Shown one piece after another: positions 23,892-37,851 of a stretch of DNA of 64,000 nt. The notes under the pieces were generated by a model. It worked only from the letters and a program-made list of their open reading frames with translations, did not search any database and had not been told where the DNA came from. Source of the stretch: Acanthaster planci (lineage: Eukaryota); the NCBI RefSeq assembly GCF_001949145.1, contig NW_019091355.1, positions 1,883,107 to 1,947,106 on the forward strand, in the 5' to 3' direction. A program made the translations under genes and the position numbers. Numbering within the stretch: position 1 is the first letter of the stretch; each line of letters opens with the position of its first letter.

Positions 23892-24122
23892 TATACTACT
23901 CAAAAAATGTTAACGACCACTTTTTTCGTAACTTGTAATTTTTCTCCAAGCAATGAGTAGGGTCTAGTTCTTTCATCTTTTGTTGTCTAGATGGTGTTCT
24001 CACTGGAATAAAAAAATAAAACATTGTTTCAAAACATCAAATGCTCATTTTCTGCAGTGAAATATCTCATTAAAAAGTATACACAAAATAAAAAGTGGTC
24101 CTTAACTTTTTTGAATCGTGTA
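23892..24122. mobile_element. Tc1/mariner-like MITE, about 230 bp (copy 1)
   Basis: About 30-bp TIRs (TACTACTCAAAAAATGTTAACGACCACTTTT / AAAAGTGGTCCTTAACTTTTTTGAATCGTGTA) with TA ends; a diverged inverted copy lies at 61858-62085. Confidence 0.75.
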
Positions 24123-27100
24123 CAATTCTTGCAGCTACTGGCGTCTCGCACACAAAAGATTAATGCTTGGGGAGTAAAGTGACTTGGTTGTCCGATTGTT
24201 TTGTGAGCTTCGTTTCTGTAAAGGTACCTCTATTCTGATTTGGGAAATTTTTGTTTTCATTTTCAACTCGGTCTTAAAGTTTACTGATAATGTATATGTG
24301 CAATTGTCTCAAATTGTTGGCAAAGAATTCCTGCGCAGTTTCTTCGCATAAGGCACACCGTAGTTCGTAAACATTACTGATTTGGACCCTGAGAAATTAG
24401 TCTATTGAGTACTTTGAAGCACGGTGGTTGCAACATCAAAAAAATGACATAACAATGTATGTGTTTTACGGTTAGTTCAGTGGAAACTTAAGTTTTGTTA
24501 CAGTTTGTCAGAGATTGTAAAATTACTTTTGCAATACCAACCAACTATTGTAGGGGGAGAAAGATTATTTATTAAAGCATGACATCTGATGTACTGTAAT
24601 TATCGATATGGCTTTGGCACGTATTACGGTACAATATTGACACACTGGTAACTAACTACCCACATTTATGCGTACTTGCGACGTGTAAAATTTGTGCAAG
24701 TTTTTACATAGTCCGTGCAGCCTACACATTCGCCTTTGTAACGCAGTCTTAACAATGTAGCACACCTTTGTTCAGTGAAAATCAGACTTGAAGCTTACCA
24801 ATTGAATTTTGCATTTGTGGCACCCATTTATGGGTGGTTTTCCCCCCCAAAAAGTCCAGGCAGCTTTGGGGTTAATTGAGATAACTTAAGCATGATAATG
24901 TTTTAATTATGTATTACCTATATCATTGTCAACATGAGTTCGGTGAATAAAATCAACTTGACTATGAATATGTAGACATCTTGGACTTTAGCACTTTGCA
25001 CTTATACCATGATTATACGATGTGTACCTGCGCGTGGGTTTCAGTCCTGGGGGCATGTCTGACAGTATCTTGACCTTTCGCATTAACAGCAGCACGGTTC
25101 AAGGTCTGCCAAGGCGAACCGCAGTGACTCCCTAAGGTCAAACATCCAGGTTCGCGCATTACAGGCGCGAGTGTGCTTCGATCTCAGACACGTTACAATG
25201 ACATATGCCAACCCGTTTGCCAGCTGTTGCGTCAGATGCAATCTACAGTCGGCACGCTGCAAAAATATGCAAGTTACAAGTAAGCAAATATCGTCCCTGC
25301 CGGCGTTGTCCATTTTTATTCAACAGTCCTCAATCCTCCAACGAGTGGAAGATGAAAGAATGTTTGGCATTAAATCCTGGAGGAAGGAGACGGACGACAA
25401 CTAAAATAAGCGGATTGTGAAGGGTCAGTGTACCGAAAATGCAACCGTTACCTGACCCACCAATGACCAGTTGCTGACAGAACAAGTAACGGATAATTGA
25501 TTGCATTGTTTGCGCCATACAGCCAACGATTTCTTTAGTCGGGTATATACCGATCAATATAACATGTACTACCAGCAGTCTGCAATATTGGTAGTGTTGT
25601 TAAATTTGTTCTCGGCATAATTATTATCATAGCCCATTGTGTTTGTGTATATTCAGTGCACGGTTTGTTTCCCATAACTGTATGGATTCGTCCAGTCACG
25701 TGTTTCAGGTGCCTTGTAGGATACCAGAACAAAAACAAGTACCCCATAGTAAATAAGGTTGCATCCGATTCTCTTGTCTAGAGCTAGGTCAAGGTCTTCG
25801 CTCCATTGGAAATGCGTGGAGACGCGTAGACAATAGACCTCGTCATAGATCTGGAAGCCCGTTTCGGACGCGTATGTTTCGGACACGGCCTGAGGAATAC
25901 ATCATTGGGTGTCTTGAGGTGTGCGAGTTGACGGGTAATGTGTCGACGCGTCTGCGGTCTGGTCGTCCACTTTGACCCATTTCCTTGCTTATTATAGTTC
26001 CACGCTTTTTAAAGCAACACGTCTATCAGTACAATCGCATACGAAGCGAAAAACTATCATTATTTTGTTTATCATGTAAGTTGTAACAATGATATCAATG
26101 TGCGTGCGTGTGCGGTTCTCGAAGATGTTTTGCAATTTGAGCTTACAAAAAGAAGAGCAATTTTATTCACTGATTAAAATGTTCCATTCCATTGGCACCT
26201 CATGAAAGCCATTCTTAAAATCGGCATTCCTTAAAAATTTGTTTTTCTTTTAATATTTTTTAATGCCGAATAAATTTAACTCCCGGCTTAGTATACTGTT
26301 CTCGATTAGTCAGGATATCACAGTTGAAGTTCCTGCTCAGGCTTTATTAGTGCATGATGCCAGTTCTTTTAAATTTCACTTCAGTGTTCTGATTTGCATG
26401 CCGCAAATAGAGAGATTCCCTATCAAAGTTGCGGGTTTCAATGACCGACATCTCTTTAATTATGCCACAACTTTGACCTTGCAATGGAGGCCGCAGGACC
26501 TTGATCAGTGGTCACGACGCTGGTTCGCTCCATCCGTGAGGTGAAAGTCCGGGACCTGAGAAGCAACGCCAGATTTAATCGCGATCCAAATGCACCCAGC
26601 TTATAAGCCCGAAACCGTTTCTCAAACAGACAGGCGGATGTACATGTACATTGTACGTCTGTGTTGCAAAGCTGCCTGACTTGTGTGTGAGGGCGGTTGC
26701 ATGAGGGTTCTTGCTCTATTTATGATCAGACGGATTTTTGGCTGCATTTTCGGGGAGGCTGAAATACCATAGTGGATGCAATTAATCATCCTGGAACCAC
26801 TGCTCCGAGCCGTCAAGGTAATCCTAACGTTGATCTGTGTTCCTTTCCTCCATGATCCACATTATGCAGAGCCTTGCATGGTGCTCGCGCAAACTCATTA
26901 TGCATATAGCTGTGCATTACTGAAGTCATGTTATGTAACTGAAATCGCTCAAGTATAACGTGGCGGCTGCAGGCACTTTCCATAGAATTGTGTGCCGCAG
27001 TTTCAGGCATGGCAGCAGCCATCATTTCGGATACGGCTTGTAATTAACTGCCTTATCAAAATATCAGAATGCTGTTTTCAGCTCTCTTATAGGGTTCTTA

Positions 27101-28802
27101 TATGGTTTGCTCCTATGACAACATTCTCGACTTTGAGCGTATGACTAAATAAAAAAAACCAGACCAGATGGGGCCATAGGTCCACAGAGAGAGAACTCTG
27201 AGAGGTGAAACAGGATTGAGAGTCGCAAGTACATTACGTCGTGGTTCCGAGGATCAGAAGACAACGACGTCGGCAGGCACCGTTGGTGTTGGAGCTTGAG
27301 AAAGGCACAGTATTATTGTACATAGTACAATACTGCATTACTTCCGTCGGACATTGTCACCTGGGACTTTACACGCAAACCGAGGTAACGGCCATTTTAA
27401 ATCAATGTTTCTAAGGTTTACATTAATCGGGCTGCAAAATGACAAATCTTTACCAACGAAGCTTTTCGTTGGTAATCTACATGTACATGAAAATCTTTAA
27501 AACTTTGCGTACTGCAGTATAGGAGATTGAATATCCATGCCATCGTTGGTGCCTCGTATGATCTGACAAGAACATCAAATTTAATGCTTGCGCAGTTGCT
27601 CGTATTAGGCTGTGTTTTCGAAGTTACCGACGTCCACAGGACGTTTCCCCATGTCTGAAAGGGAAGTCTGTTAGAGGCATTTTGGGGTGAGGGTTATCCT
27701 TCGTAAAAGGAAGCAGAACAGCCAAGGAAATACTCTAGGAAGCAAAGCTCAGTTGTTCCATTGGTTTTTTGCGTAAAACTGCTGGAAGTTTCGATGTTTT
27801 GCTAAAATTCTGTTTTCTTTCGTGATACAAGAAGTAAACGGTTTGCGGTAGCAACATGCAAGGATGTCTTTTGTGAGTGGTTCTTAAAAGAACCGGAGGT
27901 TACTCAACGTCATTGAGACTGTATTCTGAAAGAAGCAATCCATAATGCTGTCCAGCAATCTCTTCCTTGTACATTGGCCCATGTTTGTTAGTTTGTAGAA
28001 AAAAAGGATTTGCCCGCATCTACAATCCTGGACAAGATTGTTGTGACACTTGACAATAGCCATACGCTCTCCAGCCCCTCCGGCTCCCCTCGCTCTCCCG
28101 GTTAATTTTGTCATGTCCGGCCGGAGCGCAGACCGAGAGCAATGGACCCAACATTGAAGGGGAGTCCTGGGCTTTGAGGCCCAACCAATTTGTCCAGGAT
28201 TGTAGGTAGCTGTCTTTGCTGTTTCTGTTCATACCTCGTGTGCAAGCCGCTTGCTTTGCTTAGCCTCTGAGTCAGTCCCTTACCGCGTCCAAAGATAAAG
28301 ACTGCATGAGGATCGATGTGCTTCCATGCGAAGAAATGCTTGTCGGTGGCGAAAAATCAGATCCTGATCGTTTCCACTCCTAGAGCTATACCTATGTAGA
28401 AAAAAAATTAGCAGCTCATTTTGTGTTTCCACCATAACAGTCACTCCCACTAAGGTATTTTAATGTCACGATCAAGATGTCCGCTTTTAGTTTTCAAAGT
28501 TCAATTGACGTTCCTTTAATTGCACTGGCTATGCGCATGCGTGTGTTCAACAGGACTTGCAGGGTGCGTCCGAGCGAGATACTCGCATTGACACGAGCGC
28601 TCGAACGGCTACAGTACGACCCCAGGGTCAGCGAGAGTAAACTCTCGCGAGAGGACGGGGGCACACTCCTGTACCCGAGTGTAATGCGCACCATCCTACT
28701 CGTGCTAACAGGAGTAACCGCGCGAACGCACCCACAAATACATGTACAGTGTATGTAACTGCAACTTCCTTCCTCCTCGTTAAGGTTTGAATTCGTGATA
28801 AC

Positions 28803-31800
28803 ATGGAGGACAGGAACGGCCCATTTGGTAACTCGGCGCTCGTAGACCGTCTGGAGCGACAGAAGCCCCCACCAGATGGCTCGTACTACCCGGAGGGTGG
28901 CTGGGGTTACGTGGTGGTGTTGGCCGCTTTCGCTGCCTTGATGACACAGATGGGGCTCATCGTATCAATGGGGGTCTACCTGGAACACATCGAGCAGGAG
29001 TTCCAGTCTGGCGCCGGTGTAAGTGGCTGGATTTCCAGCGGCTGTTTCGCCGTTCTCGCCTTCGTCTGTGAGTATAAAGCGTCCGTTCGTTTCCAGGCTT
29101 TTACTTTGTAGAAGGTGTGTCACGAATGCAGGTTAAAAGAAAATACCAGAAATGCCAGGATTTATATATCACATCTAGCTGGTTGGATAGACAAAACTGT
29201 TCCCAAAGCCAGCCAAACATACGTCAAAAACCGTGAGAAGAGTTTGTAAAACCCGTATAGTTGTAGAAGTAAAGGGACGTCACTGGAAAAAAATCATTGT
29301 TATCTTTCTTCACTTTTTATTCAAGTAGTTTTCGTTTGTCGGTTTGAAATTTTTTTGAAATGGACAAGTCCACTGTTATCACATTGGAGCCGTGCATGAA
29401 CCATTGTCATTGGGCTCATATGATATCGCGGTCCTTTGATCATCATTAACAAAGTGCATTGATATCTATGCTCTTTGATCTCGCAGTTCCGTAACAGTTC
29501 ACTTATAATAACTATGTTGTTGATGTTGTGCCTTTGCGGTTAGTGAGATTTCCCATGTCAGGGATCCATGATTCGGGAAGCAAACTAAAAACGTGTGTAC
29601 GACGAGGACGTGTGTAGCTTCACGGATTCCTACGTGTATCCCAAAACGCGTAGCCTGTGCAAGGACAACCTATTTTATTAAACCTGCATGTGTTGGTTTG
29701 GAGATATCGATCGAGTGGAATGCAGCTGTGTCTGTACTTTAAAAGTACTATTATAAGTACATGTACATCTTCATTGGGTTTGATTTTAGAGCTCTGCCAT
29801 CTACAAGGTATTGAGAGTTATTCAAGAACCCTAGAACAACTCGACAGCGCTCCACGAGATTATGTTGTCAACACAGGAGGGCGAGCATAATTCGTCGCAA
29901 AAACAGGGATTCATCTATGTTCCGGTATCTGTCTTATTGCACGTGGAAGTTTCCGGGATATTACAATTTATTTGTAAGAATTGCTTAAAATCATTTTTGT
30001 GAAATTAACAAGAGTTCTTTGGAAGTACATGACGAAGTTACTGATAGCCCCGCAATTGAACAAACCAGCCAATTAAGATCTAGAGCAGGTTTGCGGTTAT
30101 ACCATACTGGTCTTCTCAGAACTACCACTCTTACAGCAGAGATCGATTTCACACGGTGTATCCGCAAAACCTTCTCTTAGTCTAGCCTCCATATGCAAAG
30201 TTTCAAACCTCACCAATCGAGATTCCCAAATCGACGTGCACAGTTTATTTAGTGGCTGAAGTCCACACTCAGTGACCTCGCCGTGTGTACTTTGCTTCAA
30301 GGCTCTGTAACTGGAATCACAAGCGCTCCGACGGCTGGATTCGGGAGTTAAAAACATGTATAGGTATTAACGTTTGACACAGAAAACACCTCACTGAAGG
30401 ACATACATAAAGCCCCCATATTTCGAAGGGATACCGGTAGTACTGTGACGGAATGTAGTCTACTTCTTGTTCTTGTGAAATGTTATATTGTTGTGGCGAG
30501 CGGATACGGTAATCGAAGATATCAATAACAAAGGGCCTGCGTCACGTCTGACTATTTTCAAAGGAGCGAGTGCAGCACGGTACGGCCGCGTTAGCAGATA
30601 ATGCTTTCGTCAGACTATCCGTTTTGAGCAGGAACAAGAGAGGGCGTGTTTTGAAATGTTTTTGTATACCACAGACATATACAAATAATGAATGTTAAGA
30701 TGGTAAGAATATTTTCGTGAGTTGAGAGATGGCTGTTCCATGTGCAAATGGTAAAAAATATGCAACGATTAGGATCATCCTTGTTTCCACGACAGATGAA
30801 TGGCCTCGTCCCTCAAAAGGGAGCGCAAACGCAGTGCTGATTGAAACCTGGGAGAAGGTTGCGTAACTCTGCTGCTTGGCAACCAACTTGCAACTATATA
30901 CACGTACATAACAGGAATAATGAATTATGGATGTCGCGTGATGCCTGTCCCACTTATCAATCGACAAGGATCTGTATGACAGCTATGAGCCCATAAGAAC
31001 GCATAAGCTATCAGTCTCCACACGTGTATACATGTAACAACCGTACGGGGACGGTGATTTTGAAAACCGATTATGGTAAACACAACCTCGTTCTCATGGG
31101 TACGATGAGCGAAATAGGCGATGACTGCGCGTTCAATGCGCATTACACACAACGCACGTGCCTTCATTTTTGTTTACATGCGCTCCCAAAATACGTTCAC
31201 AGTTTTTGCTTTTCGGTACTGTTGTTTCTTCTTTTTAAGTGTTGAAACAGCATTATTTTGCAATATACATAGGCCAGATTAAGTAAATAGAGGATTTTTT
31301 TCAAAATCGAAAAACGGCTTCCTGGAATTTTTCGGCTAGAATTTTTTATCTGCGCGTAAATTAACTGTACCGAGGGGTAAATTGCCCATGGTTTGGATTT
31401 TAGTCGAGCGCCGCGTAGATCACGGAATACTGGCTTTGAATAGGATCTGGTGGTCCATGCGTTTATAAGTCTGGTTTTCGATTTTACTTCCAGTTCGTTC
31501 AAAATAGACTTTGATTTTAAATAGGGTTGTATTTCCGTTTAGTAGTACGTGTATTATTACCAGGCGTTTGGATAGTTGTGATTGATTTTTAACACTTTGT
31601 GGATTATTCTTAACTTTTGCGTCGACTGCCAACCAGAGTAAGTAGTCACTTGTGGGAAAACACAACTGTGATGTCAGAAGAGCAGACCCTATGTTTGACA
31701 TACAGCTCGAACATTTCCAACATGTCAGTTGCTTGCAATGAAGTTTTTGTTCAATTGTTATGGAAAAAAAATTGTCCCTCCATTTTTAAGATTATGTTTT

Positions 31801-34800
31801 TAGTATGAACCGTCGCTGGGAATTCATGATAACGACTTTCACAAATCTTAAACCTCTTCGACTGTTTGATAGTTGACTGTTTTTCCATGATGTTTAATAT
31901 CGATACCTGAAAATTTGAGTCAAGGCTTCTTAGATGTATTCTAGCAGGCCGCTTTGACCTAGTTGCATTAATTTGAAGTGCGTTTGAACGAATGTCATCT
32001 CTCTGAAAATGGAAATGTGAGAAAAATGTTCAACGCGAGATTCTGACCCAAAACCAGTGGTTAGCATTGTGTCAGAAATTGAATAAATCTTTCTGATATG
32101 ATTGAAGACAGCCACGTTTGAGATGTAGTGCCGATGCACAGTTTAAAAAAAGTTTTGTTTAAAACAAAATTGTTCTTTGGTCAAACTTTATATGCTGAAG
32201 AGTGTAAATACCGTTTCTGCTCGATTTTACTACAGTTGCAAAAGCACAATGCTCAAGTTTTCATTGAGCATGGTAAGGAAAGGACGGCACTATGACAAGT
32301 GTACCTTAAATCATACAGCTGTAGATAAAAAAATCCGAGCATACCTCACGTGCTCAAAATGATGAATAATTGCTCATGCGCGTCACTGAAAACCGCAGTC
32401 TGCATGGTGCGCGGTCTTCGGCAGTGCGTACGGGCATTGTTATGCATGAAATTGAGCGCGTGAGGTATGAAAAATGCGAATTTTTCGGGTAAGCCTGCCA
32501 AATACTACAAGACTGGTTTTCTGGCAAGTTGTCTCCTGTGAATATAACGCGCTCTACTGGTAGTTCTATTCGGATGAGCTGGCCAGCGCATGTCGCCTGC
32601 ACGGTGCACCGGCCAAAACAGTAAAACCAGTCTTGGGGCAAGACCACGTCGGGTAATTGCACGAGCAAGACGCGTGGAAAAAATGATGTGGCTGAATGCA
32701 TAAGGTTGACTAGCTCGTTTTGTTTTGCTTGCCAGCAAGGTTGATGTTTATTACCTTCGACACTGACACATTTTGCAGTTTGCCTTTTGTTGTTGGGAGC
32801 TCTATCACTTGGCTCATTCAGCAAAACACAACCGGCGTGTCTATGAAGGTCACAGGCTATTGAATACAAACATTTCGGTTGCGTGAATCTGAAGTTGGAA
32901 CTAATGACAACAGGAAACCATTTGGACCAGGAAATCGCTGAATCTTGTTGTTCCACCAGCAGCAACTTCCGTTTTGTTTGTAAACCCTGGCCTGCATGTG
33001 ATGCGTGTGTTAATGGCTCTCCAAAGTTTGTGATTGGGACACGGGCCTTACCTTACTGGAAGAATATGAGCTGCATTTCGATTTGCCAACTAAGAATAGA
33101 AAAATGTAAACACACTGCATAGACAGTAAGGCAGACTTCAAAGCATGCACCGCTAAAACAAACATCACTTGGGGCACAGTTTTCTCGACTATCAATTGAT
33201 CTGTCATCAGAGAGCTATCGCTCTAATCTTGAATCGTGATAATCTAATTTTGAATCGTGATTTGATCACGAAACGTTGATAACTGGCCTCCAGTCATATG
33301 GTTATCATGTACACCGGTTTCTTTGTTCTGTCTTCAGCCCCTTTTGCAAGCCACGTGATGAAGCGAATGGGCTGTCGAGCCACTGCAATGATAGGGGGCG
33401 CTATAATGTGTGCTGGCTTCGTGTGTGGGACGTTTGCAAACTCCGTTATCCAGCTTTTCGTATTTGCTGATGTCGTTGCAGGTAAAAATAAATCCATAAG
33501 TTAAACGTAGTTTGCTCATCACTTTCAAAAAGGAAAGCGCTTGGCTATATGAAACCTGATGCTCGTGGGCAATTCTTGCAAAAATCATGTTAATTTGGTA
33601 ATTACTTGAGCACCTTAATAAAGCCAAGGCCTTACTGAGATCCTGCTAGAGGTGGAATGCCTATAATATTTGTTTGAGCATGTTTCAAACCCCTTCCCAG
33701 AGCTTCTTGAATAGCGGTTACTGGAATGATGTTTTGTATTATTAGTTTCCCCTTATGTACAATGTGCTACTGGTTTCTTGGCTAGCGGAGGATGTTAAAG
33801 GATTTGAGAGGAAAATATTTGGGGAGGTAGGGTTGAAATCACTCCACATTTACTAAAGATAGACCACTTTTTCGAAACATTAATGATCCACGTTCTGTTC
33901 TGTGCCGTAGGCATTGGCGCATCGATGTCCCACATGTCCGGCACCGTAGTCATCGGCCAGTATTTCAACAAGCGTTACGCCCTAGCGAACGGCTTCGCCT
34001 ACACGGGGCAGGGAGTAGGAATCTTCATGTTCCCGCCCATTTTACAGGCCCTCATTGATAATTACGGTTGGCGCGGTTGCATGCTGATACAGGGCGCCCT
34101 CTCGCTCCATATATCGGCGGCAGCCGCCATGTACAGGGTCGTGCAACAGCCGTCCGGCAACCGTTCTAAGCGTCGTCCCAGAAGTGTCTCATGCGATAGC
34201 GTGGACAGCGATGGCATTCGAGCAACCCCGAACAACAATCAAAATAACGGCAGTGCTTCCAACACGTGCTCGGGCATCAGCGAGGATTCGGGGAGCAAGA
34301 CAGACTCGACGGCTGTTTCCGCATCCGAGATCTCAACTTCCACCGGTTTGTCAAGCAGTGAGGGGTGCGCTGAAATGAAGTCGCTTGTGGTCCCATCTGC
34401 CGACAACTCGACGAAGGATCAACTGCAAAATGGCACAGCAGTTTGCGCTCATGAACGAGCGCTTTTTCCTTCCGACTCGACCGCACTCCTGCAAAAATGT
34501 GGGGATTTTGAACTAAAATCCCAAGCCGAACCGAGACTTTTGAACGGAAACGAAAGAGTTATCTCCCCTTTGATATCCTGCCGCCGGCACCAGAATGCTC
34601 TCGTTGCCGATGTGAATCCCACAGTCTTCGCGACCTCCGACATCCAAAGTGGCCAACGTAATGCAGTCTGCTTCGAGGAGGGCAAGCTGGGAATTTGTGG
34701 CATCGAAGGTCGGAAGCCGAGGCGGCGGCGAAAGTGGCCCGCCGCTTGGCGAATGATGTGTGATTACCCGTCCATTTGCTTCATATTCGTCATCTTTCTG

Positions 34801-36714
34801 TTCGAAACCTTCGGCTACGGGGGGTTCTTCTCGCACGTGGTTGCCCGGGCGCGGGAGGCAGGAATCGCGGAAGGCCCGGCAACATTTGCTCTCTCCATCT
34901 TTGGTAAGAATGTGTGTTCCATGTTTTGCTCGTCCCGGGCCCTAATCAATTGTTTGAATTCAATCAGTGACACACCAACCATGAAATAGGGTCACTTTGG
35001 GTAGACAGTGCCACGGATTGATGGGATTAAGGGCTTTACCAAAAGTGTTTAATTGCCTCTGGTATGGGACTGAAACGTATGACGCAAACTATGGGACAGA
35101 GAGCACCCCCTCGCCTTTGTGTTAGTTATTGTTATACTGGTATCTCAGGAATTCTTTTCAGACTTCTAGGGGATGTGTTGGGTAGCAATAGGCTAGAGTG
35201 TGTATGGGGATTGGACTTGTTGGGGGGTACCCCACTATCCCATTTCATGCCTGGTATAGACTGAATGACTTGAGATGAGCAGCGACTAGACTTAGATGTT
35301 ACAACTTTGGTGGCATCGCACTCGCGTGTACGTTGTTCAGCTTGACGCGAGGGTGCATTTGGCAAATCACGACATCTTACCGGTCGAAGAGGCATGTAAC
35401 GCATGCGTACCACCTGTCTATGAGCGTTGTGCCACAGTACCGTAATAATGGCTTTTAATTCGATTATCGAATTACGCTGTCGTGGTCATTGGATCAGAGT
35501 TGTAGTTTGGTTTGTAGAGGGAATTGCAGAGAAAGCAAATTAATCTTTCGTCCTCACAAAGCTGGAGAAAAACACAGGGCAAGTTCGATGCATATCTCAT
35601 GTACCTTTAAAGAGATTTTGGACTGATCACAACAAAATTAATCTTTCCAAAAACAAGGAAAATACACAGGAACAATATTTCAGCGTTAGGCTGTCCTGTT
35701 CACCTATTGGCAGGTATTGGCAGTCTTCTTGGGCGGTCCTCCAACGGCTTGATCTTGCACCGGGGCTTCCTGACGGCCAGGGGACTCAACGGCCTGGCTT
35801 TCGTCACGGCCGGAGGGGCGTCCGTTCTGACGTCTTTGGTGGTCAGCCAATCCGGCGTGCTGGCGAGTGCCTTCTTCTCTGGGCTGGCTAGCGGCTGGTA
35901 CATGCCCCTTCAGCAGGTCCTGCTTCGGGACATCGTGGGGCAGTCCCTGCTCCACTTTGCCTACGGTTACGGTCTCGTCTTCGAGGGAGCTGGATCGCTG
36001 GCCGGTGGCTATGTCATAGGTATCAAAATAATCTTTTATTCATGTTTTTTATCCATTTCTCCAAATGAAAAAATATGTAAATGTATATGGGCGTGTTCAG
36101 GTATTATAGAGTACCGAAGTGTGACATCATTTTGAATCAGGACGTGTAGTACAAAGTTTAACGACATTGAGTACGCGTTAGAGTTGGTTCACTCGCTGGT
36201 TCTTGCGCTAATGCTTTTTACGCACGATGACCTATTCACTTTCATATGACTGTTCAATGATTATCAGTGCATGTAAATACCATTTACCGTGTAGTTGTTT
36301 GATCACGTTGATAAAGTTGATAATGAGATTTTTGTGACGAGCGGTTGTTCAAACAGAGGCTTTTATACACCGTTTATTCGATTCACTCAGGTGAACGCAG
36401 TCATTTGGAACACTGTATAGAAATATCAAACCCTGTAAGCCACGCATCCTTGTACACTTTTAACCAGAGCTATTACGCGTTTTCTGTCCTTATTTTCACT
36501 CAAATCGGCAGGTTCCATCCGAGATCGGTATGGCTCTTACGAAGTGTCCTTCTACTTCCTGGGCGTGGTCATGCTCCTGGGGTCGTCTATTTTGGTCGTG
36601 GATCACTGCTTCCAGAGGCGGGGGTTGTGCCTGAGTATAAATGACAGTCGAGACAGGAAGGGCGCCAAGAACCAACCGACCACAGCCGACTTCGACAAGG
36701 ACGCACCAGTCTGA
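28803..36714 (+). CDS. SLC16/monocarboxylate transporter family MFS protein (MCT-A), 5 coding exons, about 636 aa
   Basis: Exons 28803-29067, 33338-33481, 33911-34903, 35714-36019, 36512-36714 (TGA); all introns phase 1; total 1911 nt. SLC16 signatures: YPEGGWGYVVV, GQYFNKRYALANG, YGWRGCMLIQG, GSLLGR, RDRYGSYEVSFY. Large Ser/Asn-rich loop between TM6 and TM7; C-terminus DAPV. An acceptor at 28783-28784 implies an upstream non-coding exon (possible donor at 27385). Confidence 0.92.
35098..35258 (+). repeat. Interspersed repeat fragment, copy 1 (MCT-A intron)
   Basis: Shares ATCTCAGGAATTCTTT..AGACTTCTAG..GGGGATGTGTT..CTAGAGTGTGTAT..GGATTGGAC with 44081-44246. Confidence 0.8.
36107..36245. mobile_element. 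Diverged single copy of the 146-bp TAGAGTACCGAAGTG MITE
   Basis: Starts TAGAGTACCGAAGTGTGACATCA; the interior TTGGTTCACTCGCTGGTTCTTGCGCTAATGC matches 54842-55135. Confidence 0.7.
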
Positions 36715-37734
36715 CAGAAACCTAGGATATCACAAGTAGGCCTATTACCGAAACTAGACCAGAATATCTGCCTTTCAGAGAAGCACAGGATACGTATTTG
36801 ACCGAAAACAAGGTTTAACAGTTGCAAATATAGTTACTGCCTAAATGTGTCTTGCACCTACTGCGTGTACATTTTATTTTGCGTGAATATTATTCTATAC
36901 ACGTAGGCTATAATTCTGTGGACTGTGCCAAGATGCTTATATGACAGTGTAACTATGTCACAATGAAAGCCAAAGCCCTGGCCAAACCCACAACTTTCGG
37001 ACACGACCATGGTTTACCAGCTTCTTATATCCAGACTCCGTAATAATAAAGGGATTCGCATTGTGCACACTCGTTGATTTTAGTTTTCTCTAACAGTCTT
37101 TCGTAATTTAATAGCTGTTGTGAAAAACAGGTCCGGTATTTCTGATATTTACTGTAAATATTACATGGGCGTTTGGTGCGATAATTTACTTTCCAACTTC
37201 AAAGGGTCGTTTGTTTATTAATCTCGATATCGCGAAAACTGGTTCTGTCTTGTACCCCGAAGCACTGCATTTGTGAATAATTACAGACTTAAACATATAA
37301 CTATATAGGATATCCGAAATGTGCAACTAATCAAATACGAGGGCGAGAGAACACTTGTAACGCAATCATGTTGCTTAATAGGCCTCATTCATGGAAAAGT
37401 CATTTTTTTTATCTTGTGCCCTTAATTTATCATATTCAATGTAATCTATTACCTGTGGTGATACCAGACTAAATAGGATTCCAAACCTCACTTTCGCATT
37501 TTTTTATGTGACCTGAAACATTAAGGTTTAATTTATAAAAAGTTTGTAATTTTTCTAAACAAAAAGTAGCAGGAATTTGTATTGAACTTTTATAGCGTCG
37601 CTACACTTTGAGATTCAAGATGGCCAACACATGAATACAGTTTACTGATTTCACCCGATTGGGGTCATCAATAAGTCCATAGATCTATTTTTTCAAGACA
37701 ACATTGAGTTGCTGAAGATTAGATGGACGAGCAA

Positions 37735-37851
37735 CCAAATCATGACGTCGTCATAATGACACCATGTCGCCCCAAATCACGACGTCGTCATAATGGCACC
37801 ATGTCGCCCAAATCACGACGTCGTCATCATGACACCATGTCGCCCAAATCA
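37735..37851. repeat. 36-37-bp minisatellite, about 3.2 copies
   Basis: CCAAATCACGACGTCGTCATAATGACACCATGTCGC-like units at 37735, 37772 and 37808, with a partial unit at 37844. Confidence 0.9.

Noticed and set aside
32354..32965. 203-aa minus-strand ORF inside MCT-A intron 1
   Set aside because: No recognisable domain or supporting splice structure; likely chance or a decayed repeat.
37735..37851. CRISPR-like 36-37-bp repeats
   Set aside because: The units are contiguous with no unique spacers, there are no cas genes, and the context is eukaryotic.
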